Positions 13,001 to 27,500 of a DNA stretch of 64,000 nt are shown here, one piece after another. Every line of letters begins with the position of its first letter. Positions within the stretch are counted from its first letter, which is position 1. Both the position numbers and the translations under genes were made by a program. The stretch covers positions 446,598-510,597 of the forward strand of contig MU054166.1 in assembly GCA_013239625.1 (NCBI GenBank). Direction: 5' to 3'. The notes below the pieces were generated by a model, which saw only the letters and a list, made by a program, of their open reading frames with translations, did not search any database and was not told the DNA's origin. The DNA comes from Lama guanicoe (taxonomy: Eukaryota).

Positions 13001-16000
13001 TTTAATCTCCATGTTTTACTTTTGTTTCTCTGTTGTTGATTTCTAGCTTCATGGTAATGTGGTCAGTAAAGATGCTTGAGGTAATTTCTATCTTCTTAAA
13101 ATTGCTGAGGTTTCTTTTGTTCCCACCTATAACATGAAACCTGGTAAATGTCCCATGTGCACTTGGAAAGAATGTATATCCTATATTTTTGGGGGTGCAA
13201 TGCTCTGAAAATATCCACCAAGTGTAATATTTCTATTGTATTATTTAACTTCTCTTTTGCCTCATTTATTTTCTGTCTGGATGATCTGTCTAGTTATGTT
13301 AATGCTGCGATGAAATCTCCAACTATATTTAGATTCCCATCACTATCCCCCTTTATATCTGTTAGTAATTACTTTATGTACTTAGGTGCTCCTCTATTTG
13401 CTGCATATGTACTAACAAGTGTTCTATCCTCATCTTGTATCACTCCTTCAATCATTAAAAATGTTCTTTGTCTTTCTTTATGGTCTTTGTTTTAAAGACT
13501 GTTTTGTCAGAAATCAGTACTGTGACACCTGCCTTTTTGGCTTTTCCATTTGTATGGAATACCTTTTCCATTCTTTCTCTCTGAATGTATATGTGTCCTT
13601 CTCCCTGAAGTGGATCTCTTGTATGCAGCATATTGAACGTTCTTGTTTTATTATCCAGCCTGCCACTCTATGACTTTGACTGGAGCATTTAGTCCATTAA
13701 CATTTATAATAATCGATGATATGTTTGTGTTTATTGCCAATTTGACCTTATCTTTGTGGTTGACTTGGTATTTCCTCTATGTTCATTTCAACTTCATTTT
13801 ATGGTTTGGTCATTTTCCTTTGAAATATCATGGAATTTATTTAGTTTTAGTGACACCCTGATAAGTTTTTGTCTTGTTGTTACCCTTTTATATAAGTCTT
13901 TTAGACCATTATTATAACTGCTTTTATTAAACTGATAGTAACATGATCTCAAATCCATCCTACCGATAACAAAAAATTTTAAAAAGAAAGACCAAAAAAA
14001 AATTCTATATTTTCCTGCCTCCTTCTCCCTCTCTCAATGATTTGTATGTCTTTTTTTAAAATTTTGTGTTTACTTTATTTATAATTCATGAGTTATCACC
14101 TTTCCAGCTGTGAGATTCTCATTTCTGTATCATCCTGCTACTTTTCTTTTTAGAGTAGACACCTAAATATTTCTTTTAGCATGGGTACAGTGTTACTAAA
14201 CCCTTGTATCATTTTATTGTCTGTGAAATCCTTTATGTCTCTTTCTACCATAAAGTATAGCCTTTCTGGTTAAATTATCCTAGTGTATATCATTTTTTTC
14301 ATTCAAGACTCTGAATATATCTTGCCACTTCCTTATGTCCTGTAGTATTTGTGTAGTGAAATCAGCTGGGAGCCTTATGGGGATTACCTTGTAACTCACT
14401 CTTTGCTTTTCCCTTTCTTCCTTCAGGATCGTTTCTTTATCCTTGACTCTGGCCATTTAATTATATGTCTCGGTGTGAATGTACTTGGGTTCTCCCTGTT
14501 TGGGACACTTTGAGCTTCCTGTACATCAATATTTGATTCCTTATATATGTTTGGGAAGTTCTCAGTCATGATTTCTCCAAACACCTTTGTAATCCCCTTT
14601 GAACATTCCTCCCCTTCGGGAACTTCTATCATGCCAAGTTTGGCATGCTTTATATTATCACGTAGGTCCCTTATGCTTTTTTCACTTGTTTCTCGTTATT
14701 TCTCTTGTAGCTCTTCTGAATGGGTGCTTTCTTTTGTACTGTCTTCTAAGTCACTAATTCATTCCTCTGCATTATCTAGTCAACTTTGCGACACATTTAG
14801 ATTTTTCCTTATCTCAGTCAACGAGTTTACCTATTCTACTCGGCTCTTCTTTAAGATTTCATTTCATTTTTGACATATTTTATATCTCTAAACACTATCT
14901 TTTATTTCCTTCAGTAATTTGATCACTCCTTTTTTAAAATCTTGATCAAGTAGGCTATCAATGTCTATTTCACTGATCATTTTTTCAGGGGATTTCTCTT
15001 GTTCTTTTAATTGTGAATAGTTTCTCTGCTTCTTCATCTTGCTCCTACCTCTCTGGCACTGTGGTTTATGGAGTAAGAGATATCTAATGTGGTCCTAAGG
15101 GAGTTCCTCTACCTAGTGTCTATGTAGTAATACAACTTAGAAAAGAGAAAAAAGAGAGAGAGAGACAAGGAATTTTAAAAAAGGGGAAATAAACTTTTGA
15201 AGACATTGTATAATGCATAATAGAAGAGCAAGTTGAAGCAGGGTGTTGAAAAATAATAGTAATAAAAATATTTTTTAAATATTTCAAAGGGTGAATATAG
15301 GGGCATGTATAATTGCCAAAGAAGTGAAAATTTTAGGGTAACAGAAAATGGAACAGGTAAAAACAGATTAAAACAACGAGGTGGTCTGTGTCCTCCTGGA
15401 GACTGTGTTCATTTAATGTGAAGTCTTTCTGTATTCATCCTGTTTTGGAAGTTCATCTTCCTGTTTTCAGAGGCCCTCCACTGGAGCCCTCAACTGTGCC
15501 ACTCCCAGTGCCTGTCGGCAAGCAGATCACTCCTACCCCAAACACTGCGTCTGGAGCAGATCTCTTTATTTTGGGCTGGCTTGTCACTGCCCCGCCTGAT
15601 ACTGCAGTGAGATGTTGCAGGCTGACCAGGCAGGAGTGGGCATCATGCCCTCTCCTAGCACCATGTTCAGGGGCTACATTGCAGCAGAAAAGCTTGGGGG
15701 CCACACGCCCCCTCACTTTACCAGTCACTCTGCTACTCTGTGCGAGTCTACGGTCTGCCTCGTGTTTGCACACCAGAAGTGGGATCAGGGAAGACTGAGG
15801 AACATCCCTGTCCCTGGCCTGGCCCAAAATCCAGCTCCTTGTTTGCCTTGGTGAAGCAAGTTCTCTGAGGAACCAGGACAGAAGGATCCTAACTGTCTCA
15901 GGCTGTAGAGAAGTCTCCGTCAGGACGTTAAGGCTGCTAAGTACTTAATAATGAAGGCAGATATTTCCCCTGCTGCTGCCTGGGTGCAAAGCACCAGAGG

Positions 16001-16637
16001 GTATGGTGGCTGTGTCTGAGCCCCAGCTCTCTTCACCTAGAAACTTTTGTGCATATTCAGACATGGTTATGCACCCTTCCACCCACAGGGCACATCTGAC
16101 CTGTTGTTTTATAGAGGGCCCAGGTTGTTCTGCCCTATACACCTACAGCAATGACACACAGTCCCCTCCATTCTCCTGGACTGTCTCAGTGCAGCCATTC
16201 CCAACTTCCACCCAGCTCGTGCAGCATGGACCTGCCCCCAGCTTCCAGGCTGGATCTTGGCCTGGGTGTCTGTGCCTGTTTAACTTAGTTGTGTCAATCA
16301 ACTAATAATCTGTACAGATCCAAGCCTTGGAGGCTCCCCCTCCATCCTGCCGAAAACTCAGTTGGAGAGGGGTGACCCAGTGAATGAACGCCAGTCATCT
16401 TTGCATCTCCCTACCTGTGGGACCTGTTCCACTCTGTTTCGCCTTTTCTTCTTTCTTTCTTCCTTTTCTCCTACCAGATTTTATGCATCTTTACCTATTC
16501 AAGGGGACAATTTTCTGCAAGATTTCTACAGGTTCTCTGGTTAGCTGAGTGGGTCTATGGATGTGAGTCTTGGCGCATTTGTGGGAAAGGGTGAATATCG
16601 AGCATCCTTCTCCTCCACCATCTTGGCCAACAACCCC
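10010..16637 (-). mobile_element. Near full-length LINE-1 (camelid-type by recognition), inactive, with an internal ORF2 deletion
   Basis: 5' start GGGGTTGTTGGCCAAGATGGTGGAGGAGAAGGATG and GC-richer 5'UTR (~15050-16637). ORF1 IEVPEGEE...MTENFPN...TPRHII. ORF2 start mutated to TTG (13740-13738); RT motifs PGTQGWFNI and [19 protein letters not shown] decayed to YAGN; C-terminal WRFLKSLGIDLTHDPGIP. T-rich tail at ~10010-10030. Confidence 0.95.
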
Positions 16638-19566
16638 AGAATGTCTCACTTTATGGTGGAAGATAAACACAGCCTTGAAATAGATGGAAGAAGTATTTCA
16701 TGGAAATGATAAGATAGTGCAAATTGCAATGCTCCACTCATACAAAATATGTTGCAAATTAAGGGCCACAATGAAAGATATATATGAGATTATATAATGA
16801 AAAAGGGATCAATACTAAAATAGAGTATTACACTCATTAATTTATATATAGACCCAACACCATAGATATTAAGTATATAAAGAAATATTAGTAGACATGA
16901 AGGAATCATTTGATTATAAAACAATAATAGTAGATGAATTTAACACCTCACTATTCTGATAGCCAGATTATCCAGAAAGAATATCTGTAAGGAAATAGAG
17001 TCTTAATATTATATTAGATCATTTGAACCTAACTGGGTTATTGGACACTGTATCAGAAAAGCAGAACACATAAACTTTTCAAGTGTGCACAGGATGTTAT
17101 CTAAGGAATTAACCACAAATTATGTCATGAAAAGTGCCTCAGTTACTTTAAGCAAATATATATTACAGCAAGTAATTTTCCATACACATAATCATGAAAC
17201 AATGCATTAACTCTAGAAAGAAGAACAGGAAATGCACAAACATGTGATTAAACCACATGCTTTAAAATAATAAAATAAAACAAGGTCAATGAAGAAATTA
17301 AAGAGGTAATAATATCATACCTATAGACAAATTACAATGAAAACACAGCTTCATAAAATGTATGGGATAGAGCAGAGACAAAACTATGAGGGAAGCTTAG
17401 AACAATTTAGGCCTCTACAAAGAAGAAAAATCTCACACAATGGGCCAAACATACCACCCAAAACAACTAGAAATAAGAGCAAACAAATCCCAAAGTCATT
17501 AGAATGAGAAATCTTTAATTAGTAGGTTGAAAATAAATGAAATATAAATCAAAAAATTAGTTAAAATTCCTATAAACATGAGCTATTTTTTTCTTAAAAA
17601 TATTAACACACTGGTAAGCATTTAGCCAGGCTTTTCAAGAAATACACAGAGTGGACCGAAACAAAATAAGAAATGAAACAGTAGAAATAATATCTTTTAT
17701 TACAGAAATGCAAAAAAAGATTATGAAACACTATGAGCAGTTATGTGTCAACCAATTAGATGACCTAAAATTAATGGACACATTTCTAGATACGTGCAGC
17801 CTACCAACACTGAATAAAGAGAAAACAGAAAACTTGAAAAGAGCAATCAGTATTAGTTAAATAAAATGTATAATTTTAAAAACTCCCCAGGGACAAAATG
17901 CCTGGATGCCTTCACTAAAACCTCTTTCCCCCCAACTAGTTTAAAAAATGAAGGTGAAAGGACAATTTCCAATGTTATTCTATGAGGCCACCATTACCCT
18001 GATAACAAATCCAAAGACACAACAAAGAAAAAAAGAAAATGAAAAGCCAATATCTTTGATGAATATACATTGAAAAATCCTCAAAAAACATCAGCAAATT
18101 AATCCAGCAATACATAGAAAGGATTATACACGATGATCAGTTGGATTCCTTTCAGAGTCACAAGGATGGTTCAACATACACAACTCCATCAGCGTGACAC
18201 TTATCTAATAAAGGAAGAAAAAATTCCACAGGACCTTGTCAATACAGAGAGAAAAAGGATTTGACACAATTCAACATACATTCATGACCAGAACTCTCAC
18301 GAAAGTGAGTATAATGGGAACATCTCTCAGCATAGTAAAGGCCATTTATAGCAAATTATAGTACTCAGGGGTATAAGCTGAAAACCTCCTGGGTAAATTC
18401 GGGAACAAGACAAGGACTCCTACTCTCACCACTTCTGTTCCATAGTAATACAATAAAGGAAAAGGAAAAGAAAAAGAAGTAAAGGAAACACAAAATGGAA
18501 AGAAAGAAGCAAAATTATCACCAGTAATGATGGCATAACAATCTACACAGAGAGTCCTAAGGGCTCCACACTGACTGTTATGAATAATAAATAATTTCAG
18601 CAAGGGAGCAGGGTACAAGATTAATATAAAGAAGTCTCTTGCATTTCTACACATTATACTTGAGATACCCTAAAAAGGACGTTGAAAGAAATACTGTATA
18701 AAATCCCATTCCCTGGAATATCTTAGAATAAATGTAACCACATATGTGAAAAAACTACACACTAAAAATTATAAAAAATTAACAAAGTATTTAAAAATGA
18801 TTCAAAGAAATGGAAAGATGTCTTCTCCTCTTGGATTAAAAGAGTTCATATTGTTAGCATGACCGTAATACACAAAGAAACCTACAGATTTCGTGCAAAA
18901 AATGTTATGAAGTTGTAGAATTTTCCAAAGAAGCAGAAAAAATAATTCTAAGTTTTACATGAAATCATTAAAAATTGCCAAAATGCTCTTAAAAAAACAA
19001 CAAATCTGGAGATAAAACCCTCCCAGGTACCTTACTGTACTACAAACCTACAGTAATAAAAACAGCATGGCATTGGCACAAAGATATAATCAATAAAAAC
19101 AGAGAACCTAGAAACAATTCCACACACCTATGAGCAATGAATCTATGATAAAAAAGGCAAAAGTATACAATGGAGGAAAGACAGTCTCGTCAATGGGTGG
19201 TGTTGGGAAAGCTGGACATCTACATGCAAAGCAGTGAAATGAGAGCATTCCCTGACATCATATACAAAAATAAACTACAAGTGTATTAACTACTTAAATG
19301 TAAGACCTGATAGTATAAAACTGCTAGAAGTGATATAGGTGATACCCTTTTGGATATATATCATAGGATTATTTTCTTTTATCAGTCTCCTAGGCAAAAG
19401 AAACAAAAGCAAGAATAAGCAAGTGAGACCTAAACAAACTTGAAAACTTCTGCACAGCTAAGGACACAATGAATGAAATGAAAACACTGCTTGTGTAATT
19501 GGAGAACATTTTGGCAAACAATGCAAGTGACCAGGGTTTAATAGATGTAGGTTAATAGATGTAACA

Positions 19567-19650
19567 NNNNNNNNNNNNNNNNNNNNNNNNNNNNNNNNNN
19601 NNNNNNNNNNNNNNNNNNNNNNNNNNNNNNNNNNNNNNNNNNNNNNNNNN
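19567..19650. other. Assembly gap, 84 N
   Basis: Run of n. Confidence 1.
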
Positions 19651-20301
19651 AGAAAACTTAGAGTAATGGTCAGGTGATAAAAATGCTCAACATTGCTAAT
19701 TATTAGGTAATTGCAAATCAAAACCACAATGAGGTATCACTTCACACTGGTCAAACGGCTATTATCAAAAAGTCTACAAATGGAAAGTGTTGGAGACAAT
19801 GTGGAGGTTTAAGAAATCTCTTGTATACACTTTGTAGGAATGTAAATTGATAAAGCTTCTATGGAAAACAGTATTCAGATTTCTTTAAAACCTAAAACAG
19901 AACTACCATATGAAACACTAATTCCTCTCCTAGGAAAAATCTGGGGAAAGATCCCTAAATTGAGAAGAACCAATGTTCACAACAGCACTGTTTTTATCAT
20001 GCAAGACTGGGAAGGAATCCAAGGGTCCACAGTGCAGTATGGACTTAAGAAGATATGATGATTCTATAAATATGCAATGGAATATTAGTCAGCCATGAGA
20101 AAGTATAACACATTGCTATTTCAGCATCCTGAATGGACTTAGTAAATATTGTGCTTAGTGAAGAAACTTAGTCAAAGACAAAAGTATATAATATAATTTA
20201 TATGTGGAATTTTAAGAATAACAAATATCTATGTACATCTATCTATAGATATCTATTGATAGATGACAGATAAATAGAAGGATAGATACACAGACACATG
20301 G

Positions 20302-20348
20302 TAGATAGATAGATAGATAAATAGATAGATAGATTGATTGATTGATAG
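20302..20348. repeat. (GATA)n(GATT)n; paralog ~55786-55840
   Basis: tagatagatagatagataaatagatagatagattgattgattgatag. Confidence 0.9.
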
Positions 20349-20689
20349 AGACATGGTAGATAAATAGACATATTAGATAGGAAAGACTGAAACAGAATGA
20401 AAGATATGGGAAAAAATTTATGTTTACCAAAGTGGAAGGGAAGGACAATTTTAAGGTACAATATTGAGAGATATAATGTAGTATACATAAAGGAGAGAAG
20501 CAACAAGTATAATCTGTATAGATCAGGGAATTATTCAAAATAACTTATAATAATTGAATGTTAAAAGTATTGTAATAATTTATAATGCAATATAATCCAC
20601 AAAGTGGTTGGAATCTCTATGCTGTCCATCTGAAACTACACAATATAGCACATCTAATCTACTTCAAATAAAAATAAAACATCTCATGT

Positions 20690-22720
20690 ATAGTTTAGTC
20701 CTTTTTCCACTGATAGCAGTTTCCTTTCATATTGATTTATTTTTACTCATTATCTTTTATGATTACTCTCTCAAATAATTTCTTTTACTCTTGTGAACAT
20801 GTTACCAGTTTGATGTATATATATTTATTGCCCCTGATTTCCAATTTTTCTCTCTTTAATCCATAAAGTATAGTAGCATTTAAGAATATACCCAAAGAAA
20901 CAGTTGTAAATTTCTCGTGGTGTCTGCTTAGCATTTTGTCCAATGTTTTGCATATTTTGGCCATTTTAAATTTATTAGAAGAGCTCTTTTTTGAACCCCG
21001 TGTAAGTTGTCTCAGTTTTATTTTTTTCATCTCATTCAGGATTTGTTTGTCTGGTAAAGTCTTTATTTTCACTTTGTATCTAAGTGATAACTGTGCAAGG
21101 TAGAGTATTCTTGGGTGAGAGATTTCTTCTATCAGTAGTTTGAAAATGCCATTTAATTTACCGTTGGCCGATGTTTTCTGCTGAGAAATCTGCTGAAAGT
21201 CTAATGGGGTTCCTTTGTAGCTTATCATAACATTTGTTGGCTGCCTTTAAAATTTTACTCTGTCATTGACTAGCCAATTTGCATATGACGTATCTTGAAG
21301 GAGTTCTCTTTGCCTTAAAGTTATTGGTGTTTTGTTGGCACATGGACTTGTATATCAGTTCCTTACACAGGTTCAGGAAGTTATCAACTATTACTTCTTT
21401 AAATAAACCATCAGCTAACTTCCAATTTTCTTCTTCCTCCAGGATTTCACTCTAAAGTGCATTTCCTGAAGAAGTCTGATGGCTAATGTAGAATTTCCTC
21501 ACTTTTTAATATCTTGTAACTCTGCGCTCCTCTATCATTTTTAGTTTTGTAATGGTGAGTTTGCTAAACTCACTTCCACAAAGGCAGTCTGCTCCCAATG
21601 CTGCCTGTTGCTTTCTTCATCTCAGATATTAACTTCATCTGGTCCTCCAATAATGTTTGGATATTTTTTAGTTCCAGTCTCTTTGGTAATGTATTACTTT
21701 TCAGCATTTAATTTATTGATAAACTCACTAAACTGCTATCTGAGTTTTGTTTTTGTATTGAGTTACTATATGACACCTATTTGGATTCTCTATTAATTAT
21801 ATGGCAATATACCATGACTATAAGTTTGTTTGATGCCGGGTTGACATTGTGTGTGTGTGTGTGTGTGTATTCGTGTGTGTCTTTGCCTGTTTCGGTGTCT
21901 ATCCCTGTGTATCTATGTGTGTGCGTGCACTATGTTACTGTGATTGGTCATGATCTTGGTAAATAATTGCTCTGATGACACTAAATAACACTTCTGGAGT
22001 TGGAGCCCTTACTTTTGTTTTCTGGTAGTTTGCAATATTGCACAATTTTGGGTTTTAATTACCTGAGCTACCTCTGATAATATTTCAAAATGGCACTTTC
22101 CTGTCACTACAGTCTGCATAAAAGATGTGCTTTCATTGTCACTTCTTAGACTTCTCTGGTAGTTAATGCCACTGCAGTCACTGGTATGGTGAACCATTCC
22201 TTTTATCTGATATCCCTTGAGACTCAGTTTACACATTGAGGAAAGGTGTAAAGACAGGTGGGTATTTGGAATCAGGCAAGTGCCTTTCCCATATCCAGTT
22301 TTGCAAGATAACTTGTCTCCACCAATCTGAAGGGGGGGTTAGGACAGTGTCATGAATGTCTGAGTGTCTGAAGGATGGAATTTCTGTCTCCATTGTGGCT
22401 CCCTCCAAGTTACCTGTGACCATGAGTGCTGGTGCAGTTGGATGCCGAAGCTGTGTGAACCACTGAGACTCTGTTTCTCCTGGGTTCTCTAAGCCTGTGG
22501 GCTCAGACACCCTAGTCAGTGGACCTTGGATGCAGGCACCTAAACTGCTCTTCCCTCAGTTGAGCCTCCTTTATGTGTTTTAGCCCACCAAACTTCAGCT
22601 GTACATATGATTTCTGGAGTATTGTTTTATGTTGTAGTTATTTTTGTTGAGATGTGAACTTTTTACTGACTGTAGATTTAAAGGGAGAGACAAAAATAGT
22701 TTAAATTTATGTCACTTTTG
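20690..22720 (-). mobile_element. Old LINE-1 5' portion (5'UTR and ORF1 remnant)
   Basis: ORF 20785..21228 (ISYKGTPL...PRILYLAQLSLRYKVKIKTLPDKQILNE) is the ORF1 C-terminal domain. The 5' boundary is approximate. Confidence 0.75.
21848..21926. repeat. (TG)n and degenerate extension; paralog ~57338-57411
   Basis: tgtgtgtgtgtgtgtgtgtgt followed by an interrupted TG tract. Confidence 0.85.
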
Positions 22721-22914
22721 TCAAAGTATATATTTTTCATTTAAAAACTTAAATTCTAATTAGGACATTATAAGAACAGTAAAGAAAGTGAACAAATCAC
22801 CTCCCTTAATGTCATATTACTACAAAATATTTTGATTTTCCTGGGTTATTTTGTTCATTGTTTTTCCCACATGCAAGCACATTTTACTAAAATATATGCC
22901 TATAATCTCTTTAA

Positions 22915-24505
22915 AATCATTTAAATTATTAAAATATTTCTCTGTGCTGAAAATATAGCCCTGTTACTTCTCTAATTTACAACTGGTAGCTTGCATATTT
23001 CTATCTTCAACATCCTTCTTGTCTGTCCCCAAAGGAAATCACTACTTGGTACACTGCACATATATAAGTGATTCTGTTCCTGTTTCTTTATGATTATTTC
23101 TCTTATATCTTTAGTTTCCTCATATAAGTGATAACTTACAGTGTTTCTCTCCGTATGACTTATTTTCATATGTACAACACACTTTGGGTCCAGTCACATT
23201 TTTTCAAATGGAAGAAATTTATTTTTTGATATGACAATGACTAAGTATTTATTATGTTATCTATATCTCACATCTACTTCAGCCAATCATATGTTGATGG
23301 GCAGTTGAGTTGTNNNNNNNNNNNTCTATCCTTGTTTAAATGAAGATGTTAATAACAATGGGGGTAATATATCCTTTAAAGTTAATGTTTTCATGTTTTT
23401 ACAGATTTATGTCAAAAACTGGAATTGCTGCAACATATATTGCTTTTATTTATAGTTTTCTGTGCACTGTTTATACTTTTATAATAGTGGATGCATCAAT
23501 TTATGTTTCCACCAACTGTGTACCTGGGTTCCCTTTTATCGACATTCTTATTAATGTTTGTCATTTGAAGTCTTTTTAAATAGCCATTTTGGTTGCTGTG
23601 GATTATATTTCATTCTGGTTATGATTTAGATCTCCTAATGAATAGCAACGTTATGTTTCTTTTTATGTGAATGTAAATCACCCTCATATCTAATTTTGAA
23701 AATTTTCCATGAAAATCCTTAAAATATTGAGGCCTGTGTTTTAAAATATTGGGACTAATATGCTACATATATACTATGGATATTAACACCTTTTTGTTCT
23801 CATTGACTGAAATTATTCCTTCTATTCTGTGTGTTGTCATATGTCTTGTAGAAGGTTTCCTTTACACTGCAAAAGCTTTTGCACTTCACACATATACAAG
23901 AAGTAGAATCCCTGTATCACGTAGTACATCTAATTTCTCCTACATAAACTTAAAACTATTGTTGATAATTTTCCTTTCCTTTACTTTTTTTTTACTTAGG
24001 AGACAGATCACCAATAAATATTGGTATGATTTATCTCAAAGTCAATTCTTCTCATGTTTTTGGTCAGAAATTGTATAGTTTCAGGTTTTACAATTAGGAA
24101 ATTGATCCATTTTTATCTTATTTTGTATTCTATGGAAGGAAGTGCTCATATATCTTCCTTTTACTTGTACTGTCCAGTTTTCCCAGAATTACTTGTTGAA
24201 GAGACTGCTTTTTTTCCATTGTATACTCTTGCCACCTTTATTGTAGACTAATTGACCATATGTGTGTGGGTTCATTTTCGGACTCTTTATTTTGTTCCAG
24301 TGATTTATGTGTCTCTTTTAGTGATATATTTTGATGTTTTGATTACTGTAGCTTTGTAGTACATTATAAACACAGGGAGGATAATACCTACAGTGTTGTA
24401 CGTTTTTCAATGATAATTTTAGAAAATTTGGTTCTTTCCTATTTTTGTATAAATTTTATTATTTTTCTCCTTGTTTTTAGAAGAAACGTATGGATTCTGT
24501 GAGAA
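22915..24505 (-). mobile_element. Old LINE-1 3' portion, antisense, internally deleted
   Basis: Antisense 3'UTR and ORF2 phrases (ttgttgaagagactgctttttttccattgtatactcttgcc). Switches to a plus-strand L1 at ~24505. Confidence 0.8.
23314..23324. other. Assembly gap, 11 N
   Basis: Run of n. Confidence 1.
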
Positions 24506-27500
24506 TAGAAATTTATTAAATGTAAAAACCTAACAAAAATAGTAAAATGTGGAGGACAAATCATACAATATTAAACAACCAATGGATTGCAGTAAAAATC
24601 AAAGGAAATATATATATAGAAAAATGACAACAAAAACAAAGTCCATGGGGTATAGCAAAAACAGTATTAATAGGGATGCTTATAGCAAAATAATACCACT
24701 TATACAAATAAGAAACATCTCTCTCTTATAACATAATCTTACAAACAAATGATGTAGCAAAATAAGAATAAAATTGTTAGTAGAAGGAAAGACAGCTGAA
24801 AGGTCAGAACATAAATAAATAAAATAATGATTAAAAATAGAAACATTCAATCAAACTAAGTAATGGCTTTTGAAAGATAAATAAAATTGATAAACTTTAA
24901 CCACACTCATGAGAAAAAAAGAGTACAGGTTAATAAGCTCAGAAATAAATGAGAAGTTACAGCTTATATCAAAGAAATACAAATCATCATAGGAAGATAC
25001 AAGAAATTATATGTAAATAAAATGGAAACCCTAGAAGAAATATACAATTTCTGAGAAAGACATAATCTCCAGGATGGAATGAGAAATAGAAAATATGAAC
25101 AGATTACCACTAATGAAATTGAATAAGTAATTAAACAAATTCTCCCAAGAAACAAAATTCCATGCCTAGACAACTTCACAGGTGAATTCTGCCAAACATT
25201 TAGAGAAGAGCTATCACCTATCCTTCTCTTAGAATTTCAAAAATTTGCAGACGAAGGAAGGCTTCCTACCCCAACTTTCTGTATCACACTACTACTAAAA
25301 CTGGAACAAATACCTCAAAAAATTACTGGTTAAATACTACCGATAAGCATTGATGTAAAAGCATCACTGAAATGTTAGCAAAGCAAAAAATACATTAACA
25401 GGATTATATATTATGATAAAGTCAATTTTAATCCAGGGATGCAAAAGTGATTCATTACCTATAAATTAATCAGTATGATACACCACACTACAAATTAAAG
25501 TATAAAAATTATATAGTCGCATCAATAGAGTCATAAAACTTTTTGACAATTCATTAACTATTTAAGATTATATTTCTCCTCAAATTGGCCATGAGGAAAC
25601 ATACCTGAACACAGTTAAGGTCATATATGTCAAGAACTCAGCTAACATGACCCTCACTGATTAAAAGCTGAAAGCATCTCCTGTAAGAGCAGTAAGAAGA
25701 CAACAATGCTCACTCTTACCACTTTTATTCAGTATACTATTGGAAATTCTAGCCATAGCTATCCAAAATAAATGGAAATATTATATAGCTAAATTAGAAT
25801 AGGAGTAAAAGTATCTGTATGCAGATGACATACTTTAAACAGAAATCCTTTAGATTGCACCTCAAAACTACTAGGGCTTATCAATGCATTTGGTAAAATT
25901 TCAGAATGTAAAATTAACATAAAGAAATCTTGCATTTCTACACACTAACAACAAGCTAACAGATAGAGAAAGTGAGGGAACTGTCTCATTTACAGTTGCA
26001 TTACAAAAAGCAAAATCTAGAAATATATCCATCCAAGGAGGTAAAATTCCTGTACACAGAAATCTATAAAATATTTATAACAGAAATTGAATACAATACA
26101 AACACATGAAAGGTTATACTGTGTTCATTGATGAGGAAAATATATTGTTTAAATGACAGTACTAGCCAAGAAAATACATTAATTAAATTCAGTGCCTATC
26201 AAAATACCAAGGGCATTTTCTGAATTTACAATAAATAATTCTAAAATTTACATGTAAACACAAAAGTGTTGAAATCACAAAAGAAAAGAAAAGAAAAGAA
26301 GAGGAAAAACAATAAACAGAATCATATTTGACAAAGAAGAAAGAGGATGTATCATTTTCCCTTATTTAAAACTATAATACAAAGCTACAATCATAAAAAG
26401 AATATGGTAGTGCACACAAAAAAGAAAATAATTTAACACAAAAATGCCTGAAAATGAAATCAGACAGTTATGGTCATTTAGCCCATTACATAAAATGAAT
26501 ATACAGTGGGGAAAGTTAGTCAACAGGCATAAGAAACTGGTAAACATCAATAACCATCAGAAAAATGCAAGTCCAAAACACAAAAAGATTTTATGTCATT
26601 CCTGTCAGAATGAATATTATCAAAAAAGAAACCAAAGTTAAGTGTTGGTGAGGATGTAAGGAAATAAAACCCTGATGCACTGCTGAAGTGAATGTAAATT
26701 TGTGCTGCCACTGTGGAAAACAGTATGCAGTTTTATATGAAAATAAAGAATGAATTATAATCCAACATTCCCATATCTGGATACTTATTTCAAGAAAATA
26801 AAAACAATAACTAGAAAAGATAAATTCAAACATATATTAACTGCAGCATTATTTACAATAGAGAGGATATAGAAGCAAATTTATTGTTCATCAATAGATG
26901 ATGGATAAAGAAAATTTGTGTTTATAGTATATATATCTACAAACCTATATTTTTTATTTTTATATATTATAGACTTATCTATCTATCTATCTATATCTAT
27001 ATCTATATATATATATGCACACCCACAGATAAAAATACAATGGGTTATTACTCAGCTATAAAAAGAATAACTTCTTCATTTGCAACAAATGGGTAGACCA
27101 AGATGGTATTATGCTAAGTGAAATAATTCAGAAACAGAATGAAAAATGCTGTATGATTTTACTCATATTTGGAATTTAAAAGAAATGTACATACCACAAC
27201 AGAAAAGGAGATATAGATATACAAAGAAATAGGTTGTTCACAAGATGGAGGGAAATGGTGTGAGGAAAAAGAAATATTTGACGAAAATTAAGAGAGAAAT
27301 TTTTTAGTTGCAAATTTAATGAGTCAGGGGCAAGAAATGTGCTGTATGGGGAATAGAATATAACTATGAAATATCTTTAAAGAACAACATATCATAACAA
27401 GATATATTCCAGTGATCAGTTTGAAATGTACTACAAATAGAAAAAAGCACGTTGTTTAAGAGGAACTAAAACAGTTTATAGATTAAAGTACACTTCAAAA

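Larger units (their letters stand above)
16640..20680 (+). mobile_element. Older LINE-1, ORF2 endonuclease domain to 3'UTR
   Basis: ORF 17651..17860 (NKIRNETVEIIS...YEQLCVNQLDDL) and ORF 19861..20058 (ELPYETLIPLLG). Ends ctacttcaaataaaaataaaa; contains an N gap and a GATA microsatellite. Confidence 0.88.

Noticed and set aside
15388..16305. Longer ORFs in the GC-richer L1 5'UTR (136, 124 and 100 aa; paralogs at 50933-51848) as an ORF0-like gene
   Set aside because: They occur on both strands, as expected from low stop density in GC-richer DNA. Starts, ends and frames differ between the two paralogs, and I recognise no domain.
10010..16637. Retrotransposition-competent L1
   Set aside because: Both ORFs are fragmented, the YADD motif has decayed, ORF2 has an internal deletion, and the ORF2 ATG is lost in copy A.
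20239..20538. SIYL/IYLS-repeat ORFs (also 55639..56006) and CV-repeat ORFs (21781..21966, 57094..57414)
   Set aside because: They are translations of GATA and TG microsatellites.
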